A stretch of 64,000 nt of DNA from Brenneria bubanii (lineage in GTDB: Bacteria; Pseudomonadota; Gammaproteobacteria; Enterobacterales; Enterobacteriaceae). Both the position numbers and the translations under genes were made by a program. Below, in pieces: positions 10,167-20,509 of the stretch. A model generated the notes under the pieces. That model was not told the origin of the DNA. It saw only the letters and a program-made list of their open reading frames with translations, and ran no database searches. The stretch covers positions 105,719 to 169,718 of the forward strand of contig JAKMAJ010000010.1 in assembly GCA_022378355.1 (NCBI GenBank), read 5' to 3'. The first letter of the stretch is position 1; the number at the start of each line of letters is the position of its first letter.

Positions 10167-11056
10167 TAGTGCCTCCCTCCGCTTTTCGGGTCGAGCAAGT
10201 CACGCAGCCCATCGCCAAACAGGTTAAATCCAACGGCGGTAATTAAAATCGCCAGGCCGGGAAAGGTGCAGTACCACCACTGGTCGAGCACGTAGTTACG
10301 GCCGTTGGCCACCATCGCGCCCCACTCCGCCGTCGGCTGCTGTGCGCCAAGGCCGATAAATCCCAGCGTGGCGGCCATCAGGATGGCGGTGCCGATATCC
10401 AGCGACGCCTGCACAATCAGCGGCGGCAGCGCGTTGCGCAAAACATGCCAGCTAATCAGATGCCAGCGGGTGGCGCCAAAAATTTTCGCCGCATGGATAT
10501 AGGCCCACTGACGCACCACCAGGGTTTGTCCGCGCGCCAGACGCACGTAAAAAGGAATGCGCACGATGGCGATCGCCAGCATGGCGTTAAACAGACTCGG
10601 CCCCAGCGCCGCCGCCAGCGCCATGGTCAAAACCAGCGAGGGAATCGACAGCATGATGTCCATGATGCGCATAATCAACGCATCGGCCCAGCCGCCCAGC
10701 ACGCCGGAAAAACAGCCAAGCAGCGAACCAATAATGCCGGAGAACAGCACCACCGCCAGTCCGGCGGCCACCGACTGCTGGCTGCCGATCAAGACGCGGC
10801 TAAACAGATCGCGCCCCACTTCATCGGTGCCGAACCAATGCTGCGCCGAAGGCGCCTGCAAACGGGCGGCCAGATCGATGGCGTTGGGATCCTGCGGCGT
10901 TAACCACGGCGAGAAGGCCATCAGCAACAGCATGACCAGCATAATGACGCCGCCTATCAGCGTCAGCGGACTGCTTTTCAACAGCCAGAAACGCTTCCCC
11001 CAGCGCTGCCGCCCTTCGCTTTTGCGCGGCGCGGCAAGAGTTTCGTTGATTGACAT
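10166..11056 (-). CDS. ddpC: ABC transporter permease (DppC type)
   Basis: BPD_transp_1 permease with multiple TM helices. Translationally coupled with neighbours (ATG/TAA overlap). Confidence 0.85.
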   Translation of the reverse strand: MSINETLAAPRKSEGRQRWGKRFWLLKSSPLTLIGGVIMLVMLLLMAFSPWLTPQDPNAIDLAARLQAPSAQHWFGTDEVGRDLFSRVLIGSQQSVAAGLAVVLFSGIIGSLLGCFSGVLGGWADALIMRIMDIMLSIPSLVLTMALAAALGPSLFNAMLAIAIVRIPFYVRLARGQTLVVRQWAYIHAAKIFGATRWHLISWHVLRNALPPLIVQASLDIGTAILMAATLGFIGLGAQQPTAEWGAMVANGRNYVLDQWWYCTFPGLAILITAVGFNLFGDGLRDLLDPKSGGRH

Positions 11057-12078
11057 TATTCAGTCCCTCCACGTCCAATACGCGGGTCGATCCACAAATA
11101 GAGCAGATCCACCGCCAGATTCACCACCACATACGCCAGCGACACCACCACCGCAAAGCCCATAACCGCCGGGAAATCAAGCGACTGAATCGACGACACC
11201 ACGTAAGCGCCCATGCCGGGCCAGGAAAAAACGGTTTCCGTCAGCACCGCGCCATACAGCAGATCGCCCAAAGCCAGCCCCAGAACGGTAACGGACGGGA
11301 TCAGCGCATTGGGCAACGCATAGCACAGGATGACGCGCCAGCCGGGCAAGCCGCTGGCGCGCGCGGTGCGAATATAATCTTCGCTAAGCTGCTCCAGCAT
11401 GGCGGAGCGAATTTGGCGCGCCACAATGCCCAGATGCACGAAGGCCAGCGTCAGCGCCGGCAAAATCAAATGTTGCAGGCTATTCCAGAACGCTTCCCAG
11501 TCCCCCGCCAGCAATGAGTCGATGGTATAAAAGCCGGTAACATGGCGCGGCGGGTCAAGCCAGTCATCAAGGCGTCCGCCGCCGGGCAGCAGATTAAGGT
11601 ATCCGTAAAACAGCACGATAACGCCCAATCCCAGCCAGAACGCCGGGGTGGAGATACCGGTGATCGCCAGTAAACGCACCAGATGATCGAGCCAGCGGTT
11701 GCGGTACACCGCCGACAATACGCCGAGCGGCACGCCCAGCATCAGCGCCAGCATCAGCGCGAAAAAGGCCAGCTCCAGCGTGGCGGGAAAGAAGGTGCGC
11801 AAATCATCCAGCACCAGACGACCAGTGCGAATGGACGTCCCCAGGTTGCCATGCAGCAGCTCGCCGACGTAGTGATAAAACTGGATATACAGCGGCCGAT
11901 CCAGCCCCAGTTGCTGTCGAATGTGCTGTACGATCTCGTCGCTGGCGCGATCGCCCGCCAGCAACCGCGCCGGATCGCCGGGGATCAGGTGGGAGATAAT
12001 AAAGGTGATGACGCAAACCCCGGCCACCACCAGAATTAATCCCCAACAGCGCTGCCGTAAAATACTCCAGAAGGTCAT
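11056..12078 (-). CDS. ddpB: ABC transporter permease (DppB type)
   Basis: DppB/OppB-like permease (MTFWSILRQRCWGLILVVAGVCVITFIISHLIPGDPARLLAG…). Confidence 0.85.
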   Translation of the reverse strand: MTFWSILRQRCWGLILVVAGVCVITFIISHLIPGDPARLLAGDRASDEIVQHIRQQLGLDRPLYIQFYHYVGELLHGNLGTSIRTGRLVLDDLRTFFPATLELAFFALMLALMLGVPLGVLSAVYRNRWLDHLVRLLAITGISTPAFWLGLGVIVLFYGYLNLLPGGGRLDDWLDPPRHVTGFYTIDSLLAGDWEAFWNSLQHLILPALTLAFVHLGIVARQIRSAMLEQLSEDYIRTARASGLPGWRVILCYALPNALIPSVTVLGLALGDLLYGAVLTETVFSWPGMGAYVVSSIQSLDFPAVMGFAVVVSLAYVVVNLAVDLLYLWIDPRIGRGGTE

Positions 12079-12237
12079 GTTAAAGCCCCCAGTTAAAAAA
12101 GGGCCAGCGGCCTGACCCTGTCTAAAAATCTTGCTTCAGTTCATTAACCAAGCGCGTTATCAGAGCGCGCGAAATTTCGGGCCGTCGCGGCGTCGGCCGC
12201 CGTTATGCCCGAGCTGTCGGCAATCTCGCGCTTTTTG

Positions 12238-13800
12238 TTATTTACTCATGTTCGCGACGTTAAACACCTGCTCCAGCATCGGATTGAAAACAAAGCCTTT
12301 CACTTCTTTGTTCATCGCGACCTGATAGTTTTTCTGGAACAGATAAACGTAGGCGGCTTCATCGATAACGATCTTCTGCGCCGCCTGATAATCTTTGGTT
12401 CGCTCGGCCTGATCCGAGGTCGCAACGGCTTTTTTCAGCAAGTCATCGACGGTTTTGTTGTCATAAAAAGAACGGTTGCCCGGCAGGCCTTTTTTATCCG
12501 ACTCGAACCAGTAGTTCATAAACATATAGGGATCGGCAAAGTCCGGGCTCCAGTTGCCGATGGCGATGTCGTAGTCCCCTTTGCCGACGCGGTCGCGCAT
12601 GGTGGCGTTGGCCAGCTTTTCCAACCTGACGTTAATGCCCAGACTTTTCAGGCTCGCCTGGGTGGAAATGGCGATCGGCTCCCAGCTGGGGTCGCTGTCC
12701 GAATAGAGGAACGTCAGGCCCTGCGGCTTGTCGGTAACCTTGTCGTAAGCGGCTTTCGCCTGCGCCGGATCCAGCCGGTACTGCATGGCCTGCGCGTCGT
12801 AGCCCCACATTCCTTCCGGGATCGGACCGCGCATCTGTTTGCCGTTGCCGCCGAGAATACCGCTCACCATGCCCTGATAATCGGTTGACCAGGAGAGGGC
12901 GCGCCGCAGATCGACCTGATTCATCGGCGCTTTGCCGTTGTTGAGGTAGAGGTAGGTCACGCGCAGCGACGGATATTCATCAATGGCGACCGCCCCCTCT
13001 TTTTTCAGCGCCGCCAGCTGATCGACAGGCAAAGATTCGGCAATATCAATGTCGCCGCGGGAAAGCTGCAAACGGCGGGACGCGCTCTCGCCGATGATCT
13101 TGATGGACACTCGCTTGAAGGCCGGTTTGGCGCCGCTGTAGTGCGGGTTGGGAACCAGCACCAGCTGCTGCCCTTTCTGCCAGCGCTGCAGCATGTAGGG
13201 GCCGGAACCGGCGGTGTTTTCCGCCAGCCAGCCTTTGGCATCATCGGCGCCGTGCGCTTTCATCACCTCGGGGTTAATAATCGCGGCGCCGTCGTTAGCC
13301 AGCGTATACAGGAACGGCGCGAAAGGCGTGCCGAGGGTAAAGCGAACCGTCAGGGGATCGACGACGTCGACTTTTAAATCTTTCGGATAGGCTTCCGACG
13401 GCCCTTGCCCGATTTTTAGCAAACGCTCAAACGAGAATTTCACCGCGTCGGCGCTGACCGGCGTACCGTCGGCAAACTTGACGCCGCTTTTTAGCTTAAA
13501 GGTCCAGACTTTCCCATCGTCGGAAGCCTGCCAGCTTTCGGCCAAATCGCCTTCCACGCCCGTCGAGCCTTTGCCATTTTCCGTTTTATACTGCACCAGA
13601 CGCTGGTAGGCGGGATAGGTAACCGTCCAGTCGTTATTATCGATGGTAACGGCCGGATCGAGCGTCTGTGGATCGGCGGCTTTACCGATCACTAACATAT
13701 CTTTCGGCACCGCCGCCAGCGCGGGAGCGATACTGATGGCGATCGCCGCGGCGATCAACGCCGGTCGAAACAATGAAACTGCGCTAGTAGTTATCTTCAT
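12238..13800 (-). CDS. ddpA: Periplasmic substrate-binding protein, family 5 (D-Ala-D-Ala/dipeptide binding)
   Basis: Signal peptide followed by an SBP_bac_5 fold (520 aa), placed between the ddpX-like and ddpB-like genes. Confidence 0.85.
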   Translation of the reverse strand: MKITTSAVSLFRPALIAAAIAISIAPALAAVPKDMLVIGKAADPQTLDPAVTIDNNDWTVTYPAYQRLVQYKTENGKGSTGVEGDLAESWQASDDGKVWTFKLKSGVKFADGTPVSADAVKFSFERLLKIGQGPSEAYPKDLKVDVVDPLTVRFTLGTPFAPFLYTLANDGAAIINPEVMKAHGADDAKGWLAENTAGSGPYMLQRWQKGQQLVLVPNPHYSGAKPAFKRVSIKIIGESASRRLQLSRGDIDIAESLPVDQLAALKKEGAVAIDEYPSLRVTYLYLNNGKAPMNQVDLRRALSWSTDYQGMVSGILGGNGKQMRGPIPEGMWGYDAQAMQYRLDPAQAKAAYDKVTDKPQGLTFLYSDSDPSWEPIAISTQASLKSLGINVRLEKLANATMRDRVGKGDYDIAIGNWSPDFADPYMFMNYWFESDKKGLPGNRSFYDNKTVDDLLKKAVATSDQAERTKDYQAAQKIVIDEAAYVYLFQKNYQVAMNKEVKGFVFNPMLEQVFNVANMSK

Positions 13801-14417
13801 GACAGTGCTCCTGGTTTCAAAGTGGGGCTGTGGTGTACGTCGGGTGTCTTGATGTTTTGCGGTGCGATGCAGTCAAACCGGTCGCTCAATAGCGGATAGT
13901 CGGAGGAAGCGGGCAATTCAAAGTGCCACCATTCACTGGCGATGCCGATAAAACCGCCGCCAAACATGATGGCGTTCAGCAACAGACGGTTACGCTGCGC
14001 CGCAAGCGGCACATCGGGGTGGTAAGGATGCGAGCGTTCATTCATCTCATCAAAGCCGGTGCCCATATCCAGAACCTGACCCGTCGCGTCGATCAGCGTG
14101 ACGTCCACCGCGGTGCCGCGGCTGTGATTGGAACCCAGCGAGACGGCCATCACATACTTCGGGTCTGGACAGGCCAGCCACAGATACTCTTGCGCTTTCT
14201 TTGGCCGATAGGCGTCGTAAATCAGCAGCGTAAAGCCGGCCAGCGCGGCGATCTCCACGCTGCGCGTCAGGGCGTTGGCTGCGTCCGGGTGCAGTAAACA
14301 GCGATTTTCGCTGTAGATGCTCTGGCCCGTAATGTTATCCGGCGTGGCATATTTCATGTCGATGCCCACCTGCGGCAAAATGGCGGCAACATCAACCAAT
14401 TCAATCTCTTGATTCAT
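13797..14417 (-). CDS. ddpX: D-alanyl-D-alanine dipeptidase (VanX family, zinc peptidase M15D)
   Basis: VanX/DdpX-like sequence (…SNHSRGTAVDVTLID…WWHFEL…). It is the first structural gene of a ddpXABCDF-type operon, as in E. coli. Confidence 0.85.
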   Translation of the reverse strand: MNQEIELVDVAAILPQVGIDMKYATPDNITGQSIYSENRCLLHPDAANALTRSVEIAALAGFTLLIYDAYRPKKAQEYLWLACPDPKYVMAVSLGSNHSRGTAVDVTLIDATGQVLDMGTGFDEMNERSHPYHPDVPLAAQRNRLLLNAIMFGGGFIGIASEWWHFELPASSDYPLLSDRFDCIAPQNIKTPDVHHSPTLKPGALS

Positions 14418-14431
14418 ATAACCAATCCTGT

Positions 14432-15298
14432 TTAACGTTCAAATTGTCCAAATTCCTGTTGCAGTTGGCGGTTTAATGCCAGGCGGGGTCCCAAACGCTC
14501 GCCGAGCTGCTCCACGACGGCTGAAAGCAGCAGGTTGAACAGGCAACTGAGCGGCGCCAGTGAATCCCAAAAATGGCCGGTATCGGTGTGTACCTGCAAT
14601 AAATCCATCGGATAATCGCGCGCCCACGGACACCAGATGTCGGTAACCAGCGCCAGCGGCAGATTGCGTTCGCTGGCGGCGCGGCAATACTGTCGGGCGA
14701 CGGCGGAATATGCGCGAGTGTCGGTCACCACCAGATAGGGCCGTTCAAACTCCGAGTTGAGCGACTCCACCCAGGTGCCCGATAGACCGTCGACATAGCT
14801 GACGCGCGGGCGCAGATACTCCAGGTGGCTAAAAAATGCGTTGGCGATACCGCGCGTGGACTGAATGCCCAACACAAATACCGCCTCCGCTTCCGCTAGC
14901 TGCCGGCTGACCCGGGCAAAGGTTTCACTGCGCGCCAGCTGGTAAACCCTGGTGATGGCATCCACCTCAAGCTGAAGCGACTGAGCAAGACGGTCGGGGA
15001 GAGCATGTTGCTGCTGCCATGAATCAAGACGGTCGATAACGCCCCAGGGTTTGTAAGGAATCTCCGATGCCGTGCGCAAACAGCTTTTGGCATCTTCCAG
15101 ATTGCGATAGCCGAGCTTACGTAAATAGCGCCCCACGGTAATACCGCTGGTGCCCGTCGCTTTGGCGATGCTATCCGCGGTTTCAAACGGAACCTGATTG
15201 ATATGGGTGAGCAACCAGCCGGCAATACGCTTGCCGCTGGGCGTTTGCTGGCTAAAGCTCGCTTCAATCTTCGCGATTAATTCCGTTTTCTCCGCCAT
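14432..15298 (-). CDS. RpiR/MurR-family transcriptional regulator (N-terminal HTH plus SIS sugar-phosphate-binding domain)
   Basis: HTH_6 region (…ADSIAKATGTSGITVGRYLRKLGY…) followed by a SIS domain. Start placed at MAEKTELIAK, downstream of a sigma54 promoter. Only 14 bp separate it from ddpX, which implies co-transcription. Confidence 0.75.
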   Translation of the reverse strand: MAEKTELIAKIEASFSQQTPSGKRIAGWLLTHINQVPFETADSIAKATGTSGITVGRYLRKLGYRNLEDAKSCLRTASEIPYKPWGVIDRLDSWQQQHALPDRLAQSLQLEVDAITRVYQLARSETFARVSRQLAEAEAVFVLGIQSTRGIANAFFSHLEYLRPRVSYVDGLSGTWVESLNSEFERPYLVVTDTRAYSAVARQYCRAASERNLPLALVTDIWCPWARDYPMDLLQVHTDTGHFWDSLAPLSCLFNLLLSAVVEQLGERLGPRLALNRQLQQEFGQFER

Positions 15299-15356
15299 TT
15301 TTCGCCCCAATGTTATCTCTCTGTCATTTAGATAAATGATGTTATGAAAATAACAA

Positions 15357-15372
15357 TGCAGGGGTCGTGCCA
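15357..15372 (-). promoter_or_regulatory. Sigma54 (RpoN) -24/-12 promoter for the rpiR-ddpXABCDF operon
   Basis: The minus strand reads TGGCACgacccCTGCA, with GG and GC at the canonical 10-nt spacing, about 45-60 nt upstream of the regulator start codon. The E. coli ddp operon is known to be nitrogen (NtrC) regulated. Confidence 0.55.
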
Positions 15373-15590
15373 AGTTTTATCAGCGGTAGAAAGCGTTATC
15401 TGGCGGGGTTGGTGAGGAAAAGCGGGAAGATAAATGGAGATAAAAGCGCAAAAATCGTGCGCGGACGATCAATTACAGTGCAAATCAATAACTGGTTAAG
15501 TATTTCTGCCGCTGCTGCATCTTCATCCACCAGGAGCGGACAGGGCGCGGAACATTCCTGTCCCGCGCAACGTCAAGCGCGGCGAATGGG

Positions 15591-16211
15591 TCACGCCTGC
15601 GCCAGTTTCTCCGCGAGTTGCGTTTTATTCAAGGGCACGCAATAACAGGGCGTTCCGCGCTCAAAACGCCAGCCTTGCGCCAGCGCGCCGGCATCTACGC
15701 AATCAAAACCCAGCTGATCCAACAGCTCGGCCACCTGCTGCCTGGCCTGCGCGTCGTCGCCGGCAATCGGCAACGCCCGGCGATCTGCCGCTCCCGCCGC
15801 TCTGGCGTCACTCAACAGATCGCGGGCATAGATGGCATTGAAGGCTTTCACCACCTTGGCCTCGGGCAGCATACCCGCGAACATTTCACTGGTCGTCGTT
15901 TCATGGTTGTCGAGCTGAGGATAGCGCCCGTCCCGATCCGGATAATAGTTGTTGGCGTCCATCACTACTTTCCCTTTCAGGATATCGCCTGGTATCTTCG
16001 CCAACTGGTTGAATGGTATCGCCACCAGCACCAGCTCGCCAAATGCGGCGGCCTGCTCTACCGTCCCTCCCTCGCACTTCAAGGCGCTCAGCGTGCTGAA
16101 AATACTGTTCGGCCCGCGAGAGTTGCTCAGCATCACCTTATGCCCGGCTTTTATCGCCAGCTCCGCCACGCCGCGACCAATAAATCCAGCGCCAATTATT
16201 CCGATGTTCAT
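15591..16211 (-). CDS. NADP-dependent oxidoreductase, F420-dependent NADP reductase-like Rossmann protein
   Basis: N-terminal GxGxxG motif (MNIGIIGAGFIGRG). 206 aa. Divergent from a LysR regulator. Confidence 0.7.
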   Translation of the reverse strand: MNIGIIGAGFIGRGVAELAIKAGHKVMLSNSRGPNSIFSTLSALKCEGGTVEQAAAFGELVLVAIPFNQLAKIPGDILKGKVVMDANNYYPDRDGRYPQLDNHETTTSEMFAGMLPEAKVVKAFNAIYARDLLSDARAAGAADRRALPIAGDDAQARQQVAELLDQLGFDCVDAGALAQGWRFERGTPCYCVPLNKTQLAEKLAQA

Positions 16212-16346
16212 TTCTCACCTCTGATAAATAGGTTCTGATTGAGTGTAATAACAATATTTGATTACGAATCATGAATAAATAGACCTTTATTTACGACAGT
16301 AGAAACGATAAGTTTCTAATCGCATATCGTTAGCAGAGGAAACGAA

Positions 16347-17249
16347 ATGGATAGGCTCACCAGCATGGCGGTCTTCATTAAGGCCGTCGACTGCGGTTCG
16401 TTTGCCGCGGCGGGTAACGTACTTAATCTCTCGCCGCAAATGGTGGGTAAACATGTATTGGCGCTGGAAACGCAGGTCGGCAGCACGTTACTGCACCGCA
16501 CCACCCGCCGCCAGAATCTGACCGAGGCCGGACGCCTTTACTATCAGAGCTGTAAACGGGTGTTGCAGGAAGCCGAGGAGGCCGACCGGCTGATGGAATC
16601 CATTCATGCCGAACCTGCCGGGCTGCTGCGGGTCAATGCGCCCGTCACTTTCGGTTCCTGTAGCCTGATGCCAGCCATCACCCGCTATATGCATCGCTAT
16701 CCGCAGGTTCAGGTGGAGTTGACGCTCTCGGACCAGTTTGTCGATTTGCTGGAAGAGGGTTATGAAGCGGTATTCCGTATTGGTCAACTCAGCGACTCTT
16801 CGCTGATTGCGCGCGCATTGGCGCCTTATCGCTGCGTGACCTGCGCTGCGCCGGCTTATCTCGCCGAACGCGGCATACCGGCCAAACCTGCGGATCTGTT
16901 GGAACATGAATGCCTGGGATTTACCTACTGGGCATGTAAGCCGACCGGAAACTGGGTCTTCGCCAAAGACGGCAAAACCGAGCATGTGAATATCAACAGC
17001 CGCCTGCAGATTAACGATAGCAAAGCCATGCTCAGCGCGGCGTTGGAAGGCTTCGGCATTGTATTGGGCGCGGAAGTACTGCTCAACGAGGCGCTGGCGC
17101 GGGGAGATTTGGTGCGCATATTGCCGGACTATGAAACGCCCTCACGTCCGATGCATCTGCTGTTTCACGGCGATCGCCATTTGTCGCCGCGTCTGCGCAC
17201 TTTTGTTGATTTCATGGTGCGGGAATTCGGCCCTCATCCACAGGCATAA
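16347..17249 (+). CDS. LysR-family transcriptional regulator
   Basis: Canonical LysR HTH (MDRLTSMAVFIKAVDCGSFAAAGNVLNLSPQMVGKHVLALE…) plus a substrate-binding domain. Confidence 0.85.
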   Translation: MDRLTSMAVFIKAVDCGSFAAAGNVLNLSPQMVGKHVLALETQVGSTLLHRTTRRQNLTEAGRLYYQSCKRVLQEAEEADRLMESIHAEPAGLLRVNAPVTFGSCSLMPAITRYMHRYPQVQVELTLSDQFVDLLEEGYEAVFRIGQLSDSSLIARALAPYRCVTCAAPAYLAERGIPAKPADLLEHECLGFTYWACKPTGNWVFAKDGKTEHVNINSRLQINDSKAMLSAALEGFGIVLGAEVLLNEALARGDLVRILPDYETPSRPMHLLFHGDRHLSPRLRTFVDFMVREFGPHPQA

Positions 17250-17451
17250 TCGATAACATCCTCTTGCGCTTTACCCTCGGATCAGATTCTTTTTGCCGCA
17301 CAATAAAAGTGCAATGGTGCACTACTATCCGACAAAAAGATCGCCTTTCCTTTCCCGCATCGCCTTTCCCCGTCGCAGCAGTAGCACTGAAAATCTTAAT
17401 AATCAATTTAATAACAATAAGATAGTTATTATTCCCCTCAAAGCGACAGAC

Positions 17452-17467
17452 TGGCACGGTTCATGCT
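17452..17467 (+). promoter_or_regulatory. Sigma54 -24/-12 promoter upstream of the amino-acid ABC transporter operon
   Basis: Reads TGGCACggttcaTGCT with GG/GC correctly spaced, about 60 nt upstream of the substrate-binding-protein ATG. An AT-rich region lies upstream. Confidence 0.55.
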
Positions 17468-17527
17468 TTTGTAATTTCATGCAAGTTACTTGAATAATAT
17501 GAATACTTCTTTCACCAGGGGAATACC

Positions 17528-18385
17528 ATGATACGACGCAAGTTCACCACCGCCTTTTGCGCATCCGCCTTGTGTGTCGCCAGCGCCTTTGCCTTTCCCG
17601 CTCACAGCGCCGACCTGCTGGACAGGATCAGCGCAGATAAGACCATTACCATCGCCACCGAAGCCCGCTACGCACCGTTTGAGTTCGTGCAGGATGGAAA
17701 AATCATCGGTTACGACGTCGATCTGATGAACCATATTCTGCAAAAACAGCTGCCGGGCGTGAAGGTGAAACAGCTGGATCTGCCGTTCCAGGGCATTCTG
17801 CCGGGGCTGGACGCGAAAAAGTTTGATTTTGTGGTGACCGCCGTCACCGTTAACAAACAGCGCATCGCCCATTTTTCATTTACGGTGCCGATAGCCGAAT
17901 CCACCGTCGCCCTGCTTAAACGCAAAAGCGATACGACCATCACCTCGCTGGACGATCTTAATGGCAAAGTGGTCGGTTCTCAGGCCGGCTCCGGTCAGCT
18001 GCAGATTTTGCAGTCGTTCAACGAGCAGTTGAAAGCCGGCGGCAAACCCGGCATCAAAGAAATCAAGCAGTACGTTTCTTTTGACGAAGCCTATGCGGAT
18101 TTGGCGAACCGCCGTCTGGACGGCGTCGCACAGTCGCTGGCGAATCTTGGCCCGCTGATTAAAAGCCGCCCCGGCGTCTTCAGCACGCTTGAACCCATGG
18201 TTGGCCCCACCACCTACTTTGGTTGGGTTGGGCGTAAAGATAAGGACAGCGCCAGAGTGGTGAAAATGTTCAGCGACGGCATTGCCGAAGCCAACCGCGA
18301 CGGCACAATGAAAGCGCTGCAAGAGAAATGGTTTGGTTTCTCGATGAGCGTGCCGGCGGATCAGATGCCTGTACCCAGTCTGTAA
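17528..18385 (+). CDS. Polar amino-acid ABC transporter substrate-binding protein (family 3)
   Basis: Signal peptide plus SBP_bac_3-like sequence. First gene of an SBP-permease-permease-ATPase operon. Confidence 0.85.
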   Translation: MIRRKFTTAFCASALCVASAFAFPAHSADLLDRISADKTITIATEARYAPFEFVQDGKIIGYDVDLMNHILQKQLPGVKVKQLDLPFQGILPGLDAKKFDFVVTAVTVNKQRIAHFSFTVPIAESTVALLKRKSDTTITSLDDLNGKVVGSQAGSGQLQILQSFNEQLKAGGKPGIKEIKQYVSFDEAYADLANRRLDGVAQSLANLGPLIKSRPGVFSTLEPMVGPTTYFGWVGRKDKDSARVVKMFSDGIAEANRDGTMKALQEKWFGFSMSVPADQMPVPSL

Positions 18386-18394
18386 GGAAGGCGT

Positions 18395-19054
18395 ATGGCG
18401 GACTTTTTCGCACAGTTCCTCTCCTGGTTGCCCGCTCTGCTCCACGGCGCCGTCACCACGGCATCGCTGTGCCTGACCGCTATCGTCGCCGGCTTTTTCG
18501 TTGGCGTGGGAATCCATCTGATGGAGCGAAGCCGACAGCGCTTCTGCCGGGGGATCGCCCGCGCCTGGATCAGCCTGTTTCGCGGCACGCCGGTACTGGC
18601 GCAGATGCTGCTGTGCTTTTATTTACCGGGCGAGCTGGGGCTGGAGATCTCCGGCTATCTGGCCGCCGTTTTAGCGCTGACGTTAAACACCGCCGCCTAT
18701 CAGTCGCAAATCCTGCGCAGCGGTTTCGCCGCCATTCCGCCCGGTCAGTTGGAGGCGGCGGCAATCTGCGGTCTGAGCGCCCGTCAAAGCCTGTGGCGCA
18801 TTCAGGTGCCGCAGGTGTTGCGTCTGACCCTGCCGTCGCTGATCTCCGAACTGATCGACGTGGTGAAGGCCTCCGCCGTGGTGTCGATCATCGCGATTAC
18901 CGATCTGATGCGCGTCGGTCAGCAGCTAGCGTCGTCAACCTATCAGCCGCTGCAGGTTTATATCGCCACGGCGCTGGTCTACCTGCTGTTAACCAGCCTG
19001 CTGGCGCTGGCGGGACGCTATTTTGAACAACGCTGGGTCAAGGAAAGCGCATGA
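18395..19054 (+). CDS. Amino-acid ABC transporter permease (HisQ/GlnP family)
   Basis: Polar amino-acid permease with the EAA-like motif region. Confidence 0.85.
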   Translation: MADFFAQFLSWLPALLHGAVTTASLCLTAIVAGFFVGVGIHLMERSRQRFCRGIARAWISLFRGTPVLAQMLLCFYLPGELGLEISGYLAAVLALTLNTAAYQSQILRSGFAAIPPGQLEAAAICGLSARQSLWRIQVPQVLRLTLPSLISELIDVVKASAVVSIIAITDLMRVGQQLASSTYQPLQVYIATALVYLLLTSLLALAGRYFEQRWVKESA

Positions 19055-19692
19055 ACGAATTGCTTCTCTACCTGCCCGACTACCTGCGCGCGATGGGCGT
19101 CACGCTGTGGATCAGCGCCTGCTCGGCCATATTCGGCGCACTGCTTGGTTTTATTCTGCACGGGATAAGCCGCAAACAGCCGGGGCTTTATGCGGCGTGG
19201 CGCGGCTATGTCTGGGTGATTAGAGGCACGCCCTACCTGGCGCAGTTGGCGGTCATCTATTTCGGCCTGCCGTCGGTCGGCATCATGCTCAGCGCCGTCG
19301 AAGCCACCATTTTATCACTGACGTTATACAGCGCCGCCTACTTCAGCGAAATCTTCCGCGCCAGTTGGCAGAGCATTACCCGCGGTCAGTTGGAGGCGGC
19401 GGCGGCGCATAATATTTCGCCATGGCGGAGTTTCTGGCATATCCAAACGCCGCAGGCGCTACGCTTCAGCCTGCCGATGCTCGGCAATCAGTTCATTCTG
19501 ACCATTAAAGAGAGCGCGGTGGCATCGGTGATCACCGTCCCCGAACTCACCATGACGACGGGACAGATTGTCGCGAATACCTATACCTATGTCCTGCCCT
19601 ATGCATTGCTGATCCTGAGCTACTGGCTGCTGGCGCAGGGCGTCAGCCTGAGCGTGAGCCTGCTCGGTCGCAGGCAAACCTCGAAAGGATAA
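19051..19692 (+). CDS. Amino-acid ABC transporter permease (HisM/GlnP family)
   Basis: Second permease. Overlaps the previous gene by 4 bp. Confidence 0.85.
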   Translation: MNELLLYLPDYLRAMGVTLWISACSAIFGALLGFILHGISRKQPGLYAAWRGYVWVIRGTPYLAQLAVIYFGLPSVGIMLSAVEATILSLTLYSAAYFSEIFRASWQSITRGQLEAAAAHNISPWRSFWHIQTPQALRFSLPMLGNQFILTIKESAVASVITVPELTMTTGQIVANTYTYVLPYALLILSYWLLAQGVSLSVSLLGRRQTSKG

Positions 19693-19696
19693 CCCT

Positions 19697-20509
19697 ATGG
19701 CAGAAACGCTTATCGAACTACGCGGCGTCGGCAAATCATTTGACGGCAATCAGGTGCTGAAAAATATCAACCTGACCGTCAAGACGGGCGAAATCGTCAC
19801 GCTGATCGGCCCGTCAGGCTCCGGAAAAACCACCGCCTTACGCTGCATGAACTTTCTCGAAGCCTATGACGAAGGCGAAATATGGATTAAAGGTCAGCTG
19901 CTGGGCTACAGCGGCCCGGGACGCGAACCGCGCCACCGCGACAGCCCGGCGCTGATCGCCGAAGTCCGCCGCCCGCTGGCCATGGTATTTCAGCAGTTCA
20001 ATCTGTGGCCGCATATGACCGTGCTGGAGAACGTGACCGCGCCGCTGGTGCTGGGGAAAAAATTACCGCGTCAGGAAGCGCGCCGCCGCGCCGCCGCCGC
20101 GCTGGCGCAGGTGGGAATGGGCGAAAAAGCCGATGCCTGGCCGTCACGGCTCTCCGGGGGACAGCAGCAGCGTGTAGGCATTGCCCGCGCGCTGGCGCTG
20201 GAGCCGGAACTGCTATTGCTGGACGAGCCGACGTCGGCGCTCGACCCCGAACGGGTGGAAGAGGTGCTGGATGTCATAAAAGCGCTGGCGCAAAGGGGGA
20301 TAACCATGGTGATGGTTACCCATGAAATGTCGTTTGCCGCGCATATCTCGTCACGCATCGTGTTTATGGCCGACGGCGGCGTGGTGGAAAGCGGCGCGCC
20401 CGGCACGCTGTTCCGCGCCCCGCAAACCGAACGTCTGCGCGCCTTTTTGGCGCCCTGGTTTCAGCGTCCCTTACAACTTGATGAGCCAGGGTGCGCCGAT
20501 GGTCAGTGA
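19697..20509 (+). CDS. Amino-acid ABC transporter ATP-binding protein
   Basis: Walker A GPSGSGKTT, signature LSGGQQQRVGIARAL and Walker B LLLDEPTSALD. Confidence 0.9.
   Translation: MAETLIELRGVGKSFDGNQVLKNINLTVKTGEIVTLIGPSGSGKTTALRCMNFLEAYDEGEIWIKGQLLGYSGPGREPRHRDSPALIAEVRRPLAMVFQQFNLWPHMTVLENVTAPLVLGKKLPRQEARRRAAAALAQVGMGEKADAWPSRLSGGQQQRVGIARALALEPELLLLDEPTSALDPERVEEVLDVIKALAQRGITMVMVTHEMSFAAHISSRIVFMADGGVVESGAPGTLFRAPQTERLRAFLAPWFQRPLQLDEPGCADGQ

Noticed and set aside
17284-17298. Exact 15-mer GCCGCACAATAAAAG shared between 17284-17298 and 25119-25133.
   Set aside because: One or two exact 15-mer coincidences are expected by chance in 64 kb when both strands are counted. The flanks do not extend the match, and the two contexts are unrelated.
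20481-20509. Alternative earlier start (MSQGAPMVSEQ…) for the M20 amidohydrolase, and the 20322 track start.
   Set aside because: The 20322 start would overlap 190 bp of the ABC ATPase gene in another frame. Both 20481 and 20499 remain possible. 20499 was chosen for a slightly better Shine-Dalgarno context, and the ambiguity is noted.
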